64,000 nucleotides of DNA, taken from Squalus acanthias (lineage: Eukaryota). The notes beneath the pieces were generated by a model that did no database searches, was not told the origin of the DNA, and saw only the letters and a program-made list of their open reading frames with translations. The position numbers and the translations under genes were made by a program. Location: positions 112,966,001-113,030,000 of the forward strand of contig CM059431.1 of the NCBI GenBank assembly GCA_030390025.1, given 5' to 3'. Shown here in pieces: positions 12,479 to 24,470 of the stretch. The number at the start of each line of letters is the position of its first letter. Positions within the stretch are counted from its first letter, which is position 1.

Positions 12479-12558
12479 GGGAATAAGTAACCTACCTGCC
12501 CTTTCAGCAAGGCGAAGTAGAACTAAGAATGGGTAGGGCACAACATAAGTTTATCTTT

Positions 12559-12661
12559 AATAAAAATAGAAAATGCTGGAAATACTCAGCAGATCAGGCA
12601 GCACCTGCGCAGAGAGAGAAACAGTGTTAACATTTCAGGTCGATGACCTTCCATCAGAACC
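12559..12661 (-). mobile_element. Single-arm copy of the hammerhead family 2 mini-element (degenerate core)
   Basis: Homologous to 3730-3831; GTTTATCTTT TSD at 12549-12558 and 12662-12671; core reads ctgatgg...gaaatgtt. Confidence 0.75.
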
Positions 12662-12840
12662 GTTTATCTTTTCCCTGTTTTTTCCCCTCTGGTTTCCTTT
12701 CCTATCACTCATTCAGGGATATGGTTCAGTTGGAGCAGCAGCCTTTTTGTTTCTTACTAGGCGACACGTCTTAATGCATAGTGTGGACGATGAAGGCCTC
12801 ACTAGGCACCCACATATCTGCACTGTCAGCAGGAGTTATT

Positions 12841-14539
12841 TTTTTTTATTCGTTCCTGGGATGTGGGTGTCGCTGGCAAGACCAGCATTTATTGCCCATC
12901 CCTAATTGCTCTTGAGAAGGTGATGGTGAGCTGCCTTCTTAAACCGCTGCAATCCATGTGGTGAAAGTACTCCCACAGTGCTGTTAGGGAGGGAGTTCCA
13001 GGATATTGACCCAGCGACGATGAATATATTTCCAAGTCAGGATGGTGTGTAACTTGGAGGGGAACTTGCAGGTGATGGTGTTCCCATGCACCTGCTGCCC
13101 TTGTCCTTCTAGGTGATAGAGGTCATGGGTTTGGGAGGTGCTGCCGAAGAAGCCTTGGCGAGTTGCTGCAGTGCATCTTGTAGATGGTACACACTGCAGC
13201 CATGGAATACCGGTGGTGGAGAAAGTGAATGTTTAAGGTGGTGGATGGGGTGCCAATCAAGCGGGCTGCTTTGTCCTGCATGGTGTCGAGCTTCTTGAGT
13301 GTTGGAGCTGCACTCATCCAGGCAAGTGGAGAGTATTCCATCACACTCCTGACTTGTGCCTTGTAGATGGTGGAAAGGCTTTGTGGAGTCAGGAGGTGAG
13401 ACACTCGCCGCAGAATACCTAGCCTCTGACCTGCTCTTGTTGCCACAGTATTTATGTGGCTGCTCCAGTTAAGTTTCTGGTCAATGGTGACCCCCAGAAT
13501 GTTGATGGTGGGTAATTCGGCGATGGTAATGCTGTTGAATGTCAAGGGGTGTGGTTAGACTCTCACTTGTTGGAGATAGTCATTGCTTGGCACTTTTGTG
13601 GCGCGAATGTTACTTGCCACTTATCAGCCCAATCCAGGTTTTGCTGCATGCAGGCATGGACTGCTTCATTATCTGAGGAGTTGCGAATGGAACTGAACAC
13701 CGTGCAGTCATCAGCGAACATCCCCACTTCTGACCTTATGATGGAGGGAAGGTCATTGATGAAGCAGCTGAAGATGGGTGGGCCTAAGACACTGCCCTGA
13801 GGAACTCCTGCAGCGATGGCCTGGGGCTGAGATGATTGACCTCCAACAACCATCTTCCTTTGTGCTAGGAATGATTCCAGCCAGTGGAGAGTTTCCCCCC
13901 CGATTCCCATTGACGTCCATTTTACTAGGGCTCCTTCAAGCCACACTCGGTCAAATGCTGCCTTGATGTCAAGGGCAGTCACTCTCACCTCACCTCTGGA
14001 ATTCAGCTCCATTGTCCATGTTTGGACCAAGGCTGTAATGAGGTCTGGAGCTGAGTGCTCCTGGCGGAACCCAAACTAGGCATCAGTGAGCAGGTTATTG
14101 GTGAGTAAATGCTGCTTGATAGCACTGTCGACAACACCTTCCATCACTTTGCTGATGATTGAGAGTAGACTGATGGGGCGGTAATTGGCCGGATCGGATT
14201 TGTCCTGCTTTTTGTGGACAGGACATACCTGGGCAGTTTTCCACATTGTCGGATAGATGCCAGTGTTGTAGCTGTACTGGAATAGCTTGGCTAGAGGCGT
14301 GGCTCGTTCTGGAGCACAAGTCTTCAGCACGACAGCCGGGATGTTGTCGGGGCCCATAGCCTTTTCTGTATCCAGTGCGCTCAGCTATTTCTTGATATCA
14401 CATGGAGTGAGTCGAATTGGCTGAAGACTGGCTTCTGTGATGTTGGGGACCTCAGGAGGAGGCCGATATGGATCATCCACTCGGCAGTTCTGGCTGAAGA
14501 TGGTTGCAAACGCTTCAGCCTTGTCTTTTGCGCTTGCGT
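12841..14539 (-). mobile_element. 5'-truncated LINE family B copy (RT region)
   Basis: NYRPISLLS, LDIKAAFDRVW, GVPQGSVLGP and FADD motifs; GCAGGAGTTATT TSD at 12829-12840 and 14540-14551. Confidence 0.88.
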
Positions 14540-14725
14540 GCAGGAGTTATTATATGGCGATCAAGAGCGTGACGACTGGCTGATTATTTGCCTGCCTCGC
14601 TCTGGCTACTGAGGTCAACTGCAGTGACCTCGTGAACTAGATGAAATCAACTTATTCAGCACAGGCAATGGTTGAAATCCGACTCACTCCTGGTCTCTAT
14701 GCTTCAGTATCACACCATGCGTCCA
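14540..14725 (-). mobile_element. Old tRNA-type SINE remnant (host of the LINE at 12841-14539); related copy at about 47510-47720 (+)
   Basis: Loose similarity between the two loci, seen by eye only. Confidence 0.35.
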
Positions 14726-16162
14726 ATTACATACTGATAATTTGAAGGCAGGACTATGAAATATACATTTTCATTAAAAAAGTTGGAAAGTTGTATTAAA
14801 GTAAAAGAAAATGTAAAGTAAAATTGGAGAGGGCTTGACTGGCCATGTGACTGTTTTAAATGTTATACTTCATACAGTTTTTATTCTAGAATCATAGAAT
14901 GATACAGCACAGAGGGAGGTCATTCAGCCCATCATGCCTGTGTTGGCTCTTTGAAAGAGCTATCCAATTCGTCCCACTCCCCTGCTCTTTCCCCATAGCC
15001 CTGCATTTTATTCCTTTTCAAGTATTTATACAATTCCCTTTTGAAAGTTACTATTGAATCTGCTTCCACCGCCCTTTCAGGCTATCTCAAGTCGCATCTG
15101 GTCCATTTGCCAATCACCTTGAATCTGTGTCCCTCTGGTTACCAACCCTTCTGCCACTGGAAATAGTTTCTCCTTATTTACTCTTTCAAAACCCTTCATG
15201 ATTTTGAATACCTCTATCAAATCTCCTCTTAACCTTCTCTGCTCTAAGGAGACCAATCCAGTCTCTCTATGTAACTGAAGTCTTTCATCCCTGGTACCAT
15301 TCTAGTAAATCTCCTCTGCACCCTCTCTAAGGCCTTGACATCCTTCCTGAAGTGTGGTGCTCAGAATTGGCCACAATACTCCAGCTGAGGTCTAACGCAT
15401 ATTTTATAAAGGTTTAGCATAACTTCCTTGCTTTTGTACTCTATGCCTCTATTTATAAAGCCAAGATTCCCGTATGCCTTTTTAACAGCCTTCTCAACTT
15501 GTCCTGCCACCTTCAAAGACTTGTGTACCTCCAGGTCTCTCTGTTCCTGCACCCACTTGTACCATTTAGTTTATATTACCTCTCCTCATTCTGCCTACCA
15601 AAATAAATCACTCCACGCCTCTCTGCATTAAATTTCATCTGCCATGTGTCTGCCCATTTCACCAGTCTGTTTATATCCTCCTGAAGTCTGTTACTACCTT
15701 CTCACTGTTTACTACATTTCCGAGTCTCGTGTCATTCGCAAACTTTTGAAATGATGCCCTGTATACCCAAGTCCAGATCATTAATACATATCAAAGGAGC
15801 AGTGGTCCCACACCAACCCTTGGGGAACACTGTATATGTCCCTCCGGTCTGAAAAACAACCGTTCACCATTACTCTCTGCTTTCCGTCTCTTAGTCAATT
15901 TCGTATCCACGCAGTCACTGCCCCTTTAATCCCATGGGGTTTAATTTTGCTAACAAGTCTATTATGTGGTACTTTATCAAATGCTTTTTGAAATTCCATA
16001 TGCACAACATCAACTGCATTACCTTCATCAATCCTCTTCGTTATTTCATCAAAGAACTCGATCAAGTTAGTCAAACATGATTTGTCTTTAACAAATCTGT
16101 GCTGGCTTTCATTTATTAACTCATATTTTTTCTAAGTGCCAATTAAGTTTGTCAGGATTAAT

Positions 16163-17006
16163 GGGATGGATTTTGTGAATGGAGACGCGCTGGAGGCGGG
16201 ACTGCTGCTTGCCGGGTCTATGTCCCACCTCCATCATGTTCTGGCCAACCAGCGGGATTTTCCCTGATTGACCTTGTTAAGCCCGCCCTGTGGGTTCAGC
16301 AGGCCAATTAGGGGGAAGTCACTGACAGAGCACATCAACGTCTGACGTGCCATCTGTCAAGACTTCTTGAAAGAAGAAATGTCAGCGTTTGACAGCTCTG
16401 TGAAGCTGTCAAACACTGACTTTCTGTGTAGTTTGATGAGCCCTTGTGTTCAGGACTCAACAAACCTTTCAAATTTGTAGAAAGCAGATGACTGTTGGTT
16501 CGGAGGATCCAACAGCCAGTCTGTGAAATCTACAACGAAGATGTCAGGACTCCGGAACCACCGCGGCTGAAGGCTGTAGGCAGAAACAAAGGTAAGTGAA
16601 CATTTTCTAACACTTAACACTCACCTCACATACTTACCACTCGACACTTGCACCCATCACTCACCTCTACATCTCACTTTCAGGCCCCTCCAACCCCCGC
16701 AGACCTCCTACTCGACTCCTCCAACCCGGCGGGGTTCTCCGAGGTCGGGAAGCCTTCAGCTGAAAAGGTAAAATGGGACTAATCCTTTTTTCTGCCTGTT
16801 AACTACCCGTTAACAGGCAGTTAAAAGGATTTACTCCCTTTCCCGCCCTAAGGAGACGGAACCCGGGACAGGACGGCTTCCTGCCTCCTGGCAAAAGGGC
16901 ACGGAGGCGGGATGGGGGCGGCTTTGCCATCCGCCCCCACTTTCTGCAACTTTACCGGCAGTCCCACCTCCATACCCGCCTCCTCGGGGCTAACAAAATC
17001 CAGCCC
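16163..17006. mobile_element. Harbinger-type MITE
   Basis: TIRs GGGATGGATTTTGT / ACAAAATCCAGCCC; AAT TSD at 16160-16162 and 17007-17009; removing it restores the CR1. Confidence 0.85.
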
Positions 17007-17650
17007 AATGTCTCTAAAAGTTTCCCCACCACTGACGTTAGGCTGGCTGGTTTGTATTTGCCGGGTTTATCCCTCTCCTCTTTTTTGAACAGGGGAGTAA
17101 CATTTGAAATCCTCCAGTCCTCTGGCACCACTCCCATATTCAAGGAGGATTGGAAGATTGTGATCAGAGCATCCACAATTTCCACCCTTACTTCCCTCAG
17201 CAACTTAGGATGCATCTCATCCGGACCGGGTGTCTTTTCTGCATTGTGCACTGCCAACCTTTTAAGTACTTCCTCTTTATCTATTTTTATCCTATCCAAT
17301 TCTCTACTTCCTCCTCCTTTACTGTGATTTTGGCAGCATCCTCTTCTTTATTGAAGACAGTGCAAAGTACTCATTTAGTACCTCAGCCATGCCCTCTGCC
17401 TCCACGAGTTCTCCTTTTTGGTCCCTCATCAATACCACCCTTCCGTTAACTACTTATATGTTTAAGAAAGACTTTTGGGCTCACTTTTATATGTTACCCG
17501 CTAACCTATTCTCATATACTCTCTTTGCCCCTCTTATTTCCTTTTTCAGTTCTCCCCTGTACTTTTTGTATTCAGCTTGGTTCTCTACTGAACTATGAAC
17601 CTGACATTGATCATAAGCCTCCTTTTTCTGTTTCTTTTAATCTCCTCTAC

Positions 17651-18371
17651 GGGGTGGAAATTGCGGTCGGAGGCTTGCTGCGGGTGAACCCCTCCGAACC
17701 GCAAGAAAACTCTGCACCTGCCTGATTGCTGCGGCCCTTCGAACATTTGCGCTCCTGGGCCTACGGGCATACGTCTGCGTAAAGGCCCATGTATCCCAGG
17801 GGCGTAGGCGGTTCGCAAGCGTCCCGGGGATCATGTGGGCTGGCCCAACCAATGACAAAGGGGGATTCCCATTATGCTTATGGGGGTTCCATTTACGTAC
17901 GGAATCCCCATCAGCATATTAGGAACACTGAAATAAAAATAAATCTTCACAGGTTCAAAATTAATTAAAAAAAACATTTAATTAAACATTAAAAATAAAA
18001 AAATTATGTTTTGAAAAATAAATTGAAACATTTTTAAACGGGACAAAAATAACCTCAACTAATTTTAAATGTAAGTGAATGTTTAAATGATTTTAAAAAA
18101 TGTATTTTAATATTTATTTAAACCCTTACGCTGGTAAAAGAAGGCCTTACGCCTGCTTTTACCAGGCGTAAGGGTTTGGTGAGTATTCGCTGGGCAAATA
18201 GCCCAACACTGCACCAGCGAAAGTGAATTTGCAGCGGATGTGTACGATCTGTCAAGCAGAAACTTGACGGATTGCAAGTTCCGGGTTTTTGCGCAAGCGC
18301 CTCGCACACGGAAACACGTAACTTGCGGGCACTTACGCGTACGCTGTCATAGGCCCCGTAGAATCCGGGCC
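17651..18371. mobile_element. MITE related to 23703-24429
   Basis: GG...CC termini, AT-rich core, and shared motifs (ggccttacgcctgcttttacca; tatcccaggggcgtaggcggttcgca); no clean TSD. Confidence 0.65.
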
Positions 18372-19024
18372 AATATCCAGGGAGCTCTAACTTTGAATGC
18401 CTTTCCTTTCCCCCTCGTGGGAATGTTTCTAGTCTGTACACGAACTATCTCCTCTTTGAGGGCCTCCCATTGCTCATTTACTGTTTCACCTGCCAATCTT
18501 TGATTCCAATCCACCTGGGCCAGATCCCTTTTTAACTCACTGAAATGAGCCCTCCTCCAGTTGAGGCGTATGTAATAAAATTTGTCCATTTATTACATGC
18601 GATCATCAAGAATGATCGGACACAAGTGGCCAGTCTACTTCTTCCCATTGCATAGTTCAAAATGTTTATTTGCATCATACATGTTTGGATGCATCCCTGC
18701 TCCACAAATTGTTCAAAATAAGCAAAGCATGAATTCAAAAGGTGAAAATTCAGTCCCTGGGTTTCACAAAGTAAGCAAAGAAGAATTTGCTTTCTGGAGT
18801 TCAATTAAAAAAACAGGGTAGTTCCTTGAAGGTATGAAAGAATGTAAAGCATTAAACTTTCAGTTGAACCAGTGTGTCTGACCTACTTAATATATAATAA
18901 CGATATAATAATCACAGAAAAGAAAGGTAATGATCACCACTTCAGGAATGTGAAATGCATTTAGTGACGAAGAAGCACTTAACTACAAAAGTGCTCTTTG
19001 TCCTTATATATAAAAAAGAACAAT

Positions 19025-19618
19025 GGCCCATACATTCCCATCCCTATGGGTGGGTACGCACTGTGTACCCACCCGTAGGGACATCGGAAATGCCGGTTTC
19101 AGGCATGCACAGCACATGCGCTGGAAACCGGCATTTCCCATCTGTCAAGAATGGTCGACAGATCCTCTGGCTGCCCTGGAGAAGGGCCTCTGCGGGCGGA
19201 TAGTTCCGCTTTTTGGAGACCCTCCGCCCGCAGAAAACCCTTACAATTCTTACGCCTGGCGTAAGGCCTGCTTTTACCAGTATAAGAGTTGAAAAAAGTA
19301 AAAAAAAATAAAAACATTTTCACTGATTTATCATTTAAAAATACTTTAAAAAAAGGTAAGTTTATTTTTAGCCCGGTAAAAAACTTTAATTACTTTTTTC
19401 AAAAAATTAAATTTTTGTTTAAAATACTTAATTTATTGTAATTTCAAGTCATTTTAAAAATGTGATTTTTAAAAAAAAATTTATTTAAAGTTTCACTGTG
19501 TTTTTGGGGTGATCTCCATTCATATATTTGACAGGTCTTCCTGTCAAGTGTATGAAGGGAGATTCCCTTCTTTGATTGGCTCCCCTTGGCCCACGTGATC
19601 CCAGGGACGCTTGCTGCT
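19025..19618. mobile_element. MITE, truncated inverted copy of the 23703-24429 family
   Basis: Closely matches the reverse complement of about 23830-24429. Confidence 0.8.
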
Positions 19619-19627
19619 GCACAGCAT

Positions 19628-19850
19628 TACATAGTATTTACAGCATAGAAACAGGCCATTTGGCCCAACAGGTTTATGCCGGTGTTTATGCTCCACACAA
19701 GTCTCCTCCCACCCTACATTATCTAACTCTATCTGTATATCCTTCTATCCTTTCTCAGTCATGTACTTAATTGGCTTCCCCTTAAAAGGCATCTATGCTA
19801 TTCACCTCAACCAGTTCACGTGGTAGCTAGTTCCGCATTCTAACCACTAA
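19628..19850 (-). mobile_element. CR1 LINE 3' end fragment
   Basis: Reverse-complement CR1 tail (tacagcatagaaacaggccatttggccc...ttccgcattctaaccact). Confidence 0.6.
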
Positions 19851-19851
19851 C

Positions 19852-22800
19852 TTTTTTAAAATTTGTTTATGGGATTTGGGCATCGCTGGCAATGCCAGCA
19901 TTTATTGCCCATCCCTAATTGCCTTTGAGAAGGTGGTGGTGAGCCGCCTTCTTGAACCGCTGCAATCCATGTGGTGAAGGTACTCCCACAGTTCTGTTAG
20001 GAATGGAGTTCCAGGATTTTGACCCAGCGACGATGAAGGATTGGCGATATACTTCTAAGTCAGGATGGTGTGTGACTTGGAGGGGAACTTGGAGGTGGTG
20101 GTGTTCCCATGTGCCTGCTGCCCTTGTCCTCCTAGGTGGAAGAGGCCGCGGGTTTGGGAGGTGCTGCCAAAGAAGCCTTGGCGAGTTGCTGCAGTGCATC
20201 TTGTAGATGGTACACACTGCAGCCATGGTGTGCCGGTGGTGGAGGGAGTGAATGTTTAAGGTGGTGGATGGGGTGCCAATCAAGTGGGCTGCTTTGTACT
20301 GGATGGTGTCGAGCTTCTTGAGTGTTGTTGGAGCTGCACTCATCCAGGCAAGTGGAGAGTATTCCATCACACTCCTTACTTGTGCCTTGTAGATGGTGGA
20401 AAGGCTTTGGGGAGTCAGGAGGTGAGATACTCATCGCAGAATACCTAGCCTCTGACCTGCTCTTGTTGCCACAGTATTTACGTGGCTGGTCCAGTTAAGT
20501 TTCTGGTCAATGGTAACGCCCAGGATGTTGATGGTGGGGGATTTGGCAATGGTAATGCCGTTGAATGTCAAGGGGAGGTGGTTAGACTCTCGCTTGTTGG
20601 AGATAGTCATTGCCTGGCACTTCTGTGGTGCGAATGTTACTTGCTACTTATCAGCCCGAGCCTAAATGCTATCCAGGTCTTGTTGCATGCGGGCATGGAC
20701 TGCTTCATTATCTGAGGAGTTGTGAATGGCGCTGAACACTGTGCAGTCATCAGCGAACATCCCCATTTCTGACCTTATGTTGGAGGGAAGGTCATTGATG
20801 AAACAGCTGAAGATGGTTGAGCCTAGGACACTGCTCTGAGGAACTCCTGCAGCAATGTCCTGGGGCTGTGATGAATGACTTTCAACAACCACAACAATCT
20901 TCCTTTGTGCTAGGTATGACTCCAGCCAGTGGAACGTTTTCCCCCTGATTCCCATTGGCTTCAGTTCTCCTCGGGTTCCTTGATGCCACACTCGGTCAAA
21001 TACTGCCTTGATGTCAAGGGCAGTCACTCTCACCTCACCTCTGGAATTCAGTTACATATTTCATGTTTGTACCAAGGCTGTAATGAGGTCGGGAGCTGAG
21101 TGGCCTTGGCAGAACCCAAACTGGGCATCAGTGAACAGGTTTTTGCTGAGTAAGTGCCACTTGACAGCACTGTTGATGACACCTTCCATCACTTTGCTGA
21201 TGATTGAGAGCAGACTGATGGGGCGGTAATTGACCGGGTTGGATTTGTCCTGCTATTTGTGGACAGGACATACCTGGGCAGTTTTTCACATTGTCGGGTA
21301 GATGCCAGTGTTGTAGCTGTTCTGGAACAGCTTGGCTAGAGGCGCTCTAGTTCTGGAGCACAAGTCTTCAGCACGACAGCCAGGATGTTATCGGGGCCCA
21401 TAGCCTTTGCTGTATCCAGTGCACTCAGCCGTTTCTTGATATCACGTGGAGTGAATCGAATTGGCTGAAGACTGGCTTCTGTGATGGTGGGGACCTCGGG
21501 AGTAGGCCGATATGGATCATCCACTCGGCACTTCTGGCAAACGCTTCAGCCTTGTCTTTTGCACTCACGTGCTGGGCTCCACCATCATTGAGGATGGGGA
21601 TGTTCATGGAGCCTCCCCCTCCCGTTAGTTGTTTAATGGTCCACCACCATTCACGACTGGATGTGTCAGGACTGCAGAGCTTTGATCTGATCCGTGGATT
21701 GTGGGATCGCTTAGCGCTGCTTCCGCTTTTTAGCATGCATGTAATCCTGTGTTGCAGCTTCCCCCCTCATTTTTAGGTATGCCTGGTGCTGCTCCTGGCA
21801 TGCTCTTCTACACTCCTTATTGAACCAGGGTTGGTCCCCTGGCTTGATGGTAATGGTAGAGTGAGGGGTATGCCAGGCCATGAGGTTACAGATTGTGGTG
21901 GAATACAATTCTGCTGCTGCTGATGGTCCACAGCCTCATGGATGCCCAGTTTTGAGCTGCTAGATCTGTTCTGAATCTATCCCATTTAGTATGGTGGTAG
22001 TGCCACACAACACAATGGAGGGTGTCCTCAGAGTGAAGGCGGGACTTCGTCTCCGCAATGACTGTGCGGTGGTCACTGCTACCAATACTGTCATGGACAG
22101 ATACATCTGCGACAGGTAGATTGGTGAGGACGAGGTCAAGTAGGTTTTTCCCTCGTATTGGTTCTCTCACCACCTGTCACAGGCCCAGACTGGCAGTTAT
22201 GTCCTTCAGGACTCGGCCAGCTTGGTGCTACCGAGCCACTCTTGGTGATGGACATTGAAGTCCCCCACCCAGAGTACATTCTGTGCCCTTGCTACTCTCA
22301 GTGCTTCTTCCAAGAGGTGTTAAACATGGAGGGGAGTACTAATTCATTGGCTGAGGGAGGGCAGTAGGTGGTAATCAGCAGGACGTTTCCTTGCCCATGC
22401 TTGACCTGAAGCCATGAGACTTCATAGGGTCCAGAGTCAATGTTGAGGACTCCCAGGGCTACTCCTTCCCGACTGTATACCACTGCTGACCAAGTCCTGG
22501 ACATACCCAGGGATGGTGATGGAAGAGTTTGGGACATTGGCTGAAAGGTATAATTCTGTGAGTATGACTATGTCAGGCTGTTGCTTGTCTAGTGTCTGTG
22601 GGACAGCTCTCCCAATTTTGGCACAAGCCCCCAGATGTTGGTGAGGACTTTGCAGGGTTGACTGTGCTGGTTGTGCCGTTGCCGTGTCCGTAGCCAGTGC
22701 CGAGGTGTCCGTCCGGTTTCATTTTTATTATTATTTTGTTTCGTAGCGGTTTGTTACAATTGAGTGGCTTGCTAGGCCATTTCAGAGGGCAGTTAAGAGT

Positions 22801-23055
22801 CAACCACATTGCTGTGGGTCTGGAGTCACATATAGGCCAGACGATTTGCTTCCTTAATAGGACATTAGTGAACCAGATGGGTTTTTACCACAATCCGATA
22901 GTTTCATGGTCAGCATTACTGATAATAGCTTATTTATTTAACTGAATTTTAATTCCCCAGCTGCCGTGGCAGGATTTGAACTCACGTCTCTGGATCATTA
23001 GTCCAGGCCTGCTGGATTACTAGCCCAGTGACATAACCACTACACTGCCGTTCCC
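19852..23055 (-). mobile_element. Near full-length, decayed LINE family B: tRNA-like head + single EN-RT ORF + 3' UTR
   Basis: Pol III A/B-box-like head at about 22960-23055; APE remnants (LLITTY.PPS, LDLVLTN, SSDH); RT motifs (LDIKAVFDRVW, FADD); A-rich 3' end at about 19852; many indels. Confidence 0.85.
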
Positions 23056-23056
23056 A

Positions 23057-23101
23057 TGTGCGTGTGTGTGTGTGATTGTGTGTGTAGATATATATATATA
23101 G
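23057..23101. repeat. (GT)n/(AT)n microsatellite
   Basis: Direct read of the sequence. Confidence 0.85.
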
Positions 23102-23702
23102 ATTTTGCATGAAAACGGAATAGGGCTTGCTTCTAATACACTCCACATTGAAATAACCAGTACACGCTCACTATTAAACCTCACATAAGAAAATTTGGTA
23201 AAAAAGTTTACATGTTCAGTTGTAAATATTTCAGCGCATAAATATGCACAAATATGTGACCAAGCTGCATTCTAAGGATAAATACTTTCATGTTTTAAAA
23301 TGCTCCTCCCAGTATCAGAGACTGAAAGCTTTCTCAGGAATATGCTTGACTTTATCTAATTTGTTTCACTGGTGCCACAATTGAGTTTCATCATTAAAGA
23401 AATTAGATCTTTCTACTTGAAACATTTCTAACCAGATGACCCAAAAAATTGCAGAGAGTCAACCATAGAAACCCAAAACTATTTAAAATATAGAAGTCTT
23501 TGAATACCAGACCCACCCATTATTATGGTGGGCTATTGGAGGGTGTTTTTTGTTCAAAATTCATATGAATTGCCTGGGAGGTGCCTGAGGATTGGAAAGT
23601 GGCAAATGTGACACCAATGTTCAAGACAGAGTGTAAGGGCAATCCTAGTAACTACAGGCCGGTCAGTTTAACATCAGTGGTGGGTAAAGTTTTAGAAACA
23701 AT

Positions 23703-24429
23703 GGCCCAGATATTCCGATCTGGAAAAATCTGCGCCTGGACCTAGGCTCCCGGGAGGCACAGAGTTCCGTTGCTGGGCCTCTCCAAACTGCCAGTGCGCA
23801 GGGCCCACGTATCCCAGAGGCGCAGGCGGTTCGCAGCGTCCCTGAGATCACGTGGGCCATGGGGAGCCAATCAGAGAAGGGAATCTCCCTTCATACATTT
23901 GACAGGAAGACCTGTCAAATATATGAATAGAGATCACCCCCAAAACATAGTAAAACTTTAAATAATTTTTTTTTAAAAAATCACATTTTTAAAATGACTT
24001 TAAATTACAATAAATTAAGTATTTTTAAACAAAAATTTTATTTTTTGAAAAAAATAATTAAAGTTTTTAACGGGGCTAAAAATAAACTTACCTTTCTTTA
24101 AAGTATTTTTAAATGATAAATCAGTGGAAACATTTTTTTAAAACTTTTTTCAACTCTTATCCTGATAAATGCAGGCCTTACGCCTGCTTTTACCAGCCGC
24201 AAGAATTGTAAGTGTTTTCTGTGGGCGGAGGGTCTCCAAAAAGCGGAACTCTCCACCCGCAGAGGCCCTGCTCCCGGGCAGCCGGAGGATCTGTCAAGAG
24301 CTTTCTTGACAGATCGGAAATGCCGGTTTCCAGCGCATGCGCAGTGCATGCCTGAAACCGGCATTTCCGATGTCCCTACGGGAGTACACAGCGCGTACAC
24401 ACACCCGTCGGGATCGGAATTTCTGCACC
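23703..24429. mobile_element. Harbinger-type MITE (727 bp)
   Basis: 18-bp imperfect TIRs GGCCCAGATATTCCGATC / GATCGGAATTTCTGCACC; AAT TSD at 23700-23702 and 24430-24432. Confidence 0.85.
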
Positions 24430-24470
24430 AATAATCAAGAAAAAATTAACAGGCACTTGGAGAGGTTTAA

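Larger units (their letters stand above)
14887..18566 (-). mobile_element. Degenerate CR1 LINE (ORF2 and 3' tail) interrupted by two MITEs
   Basis: Peptides AHFSELKRDLAQVDW, VPEDWRISNVTPLFKK and GFINRGIEYKSKEVMLNLY; (tagaatca)n tail at 14887. Confidence 0.85.
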
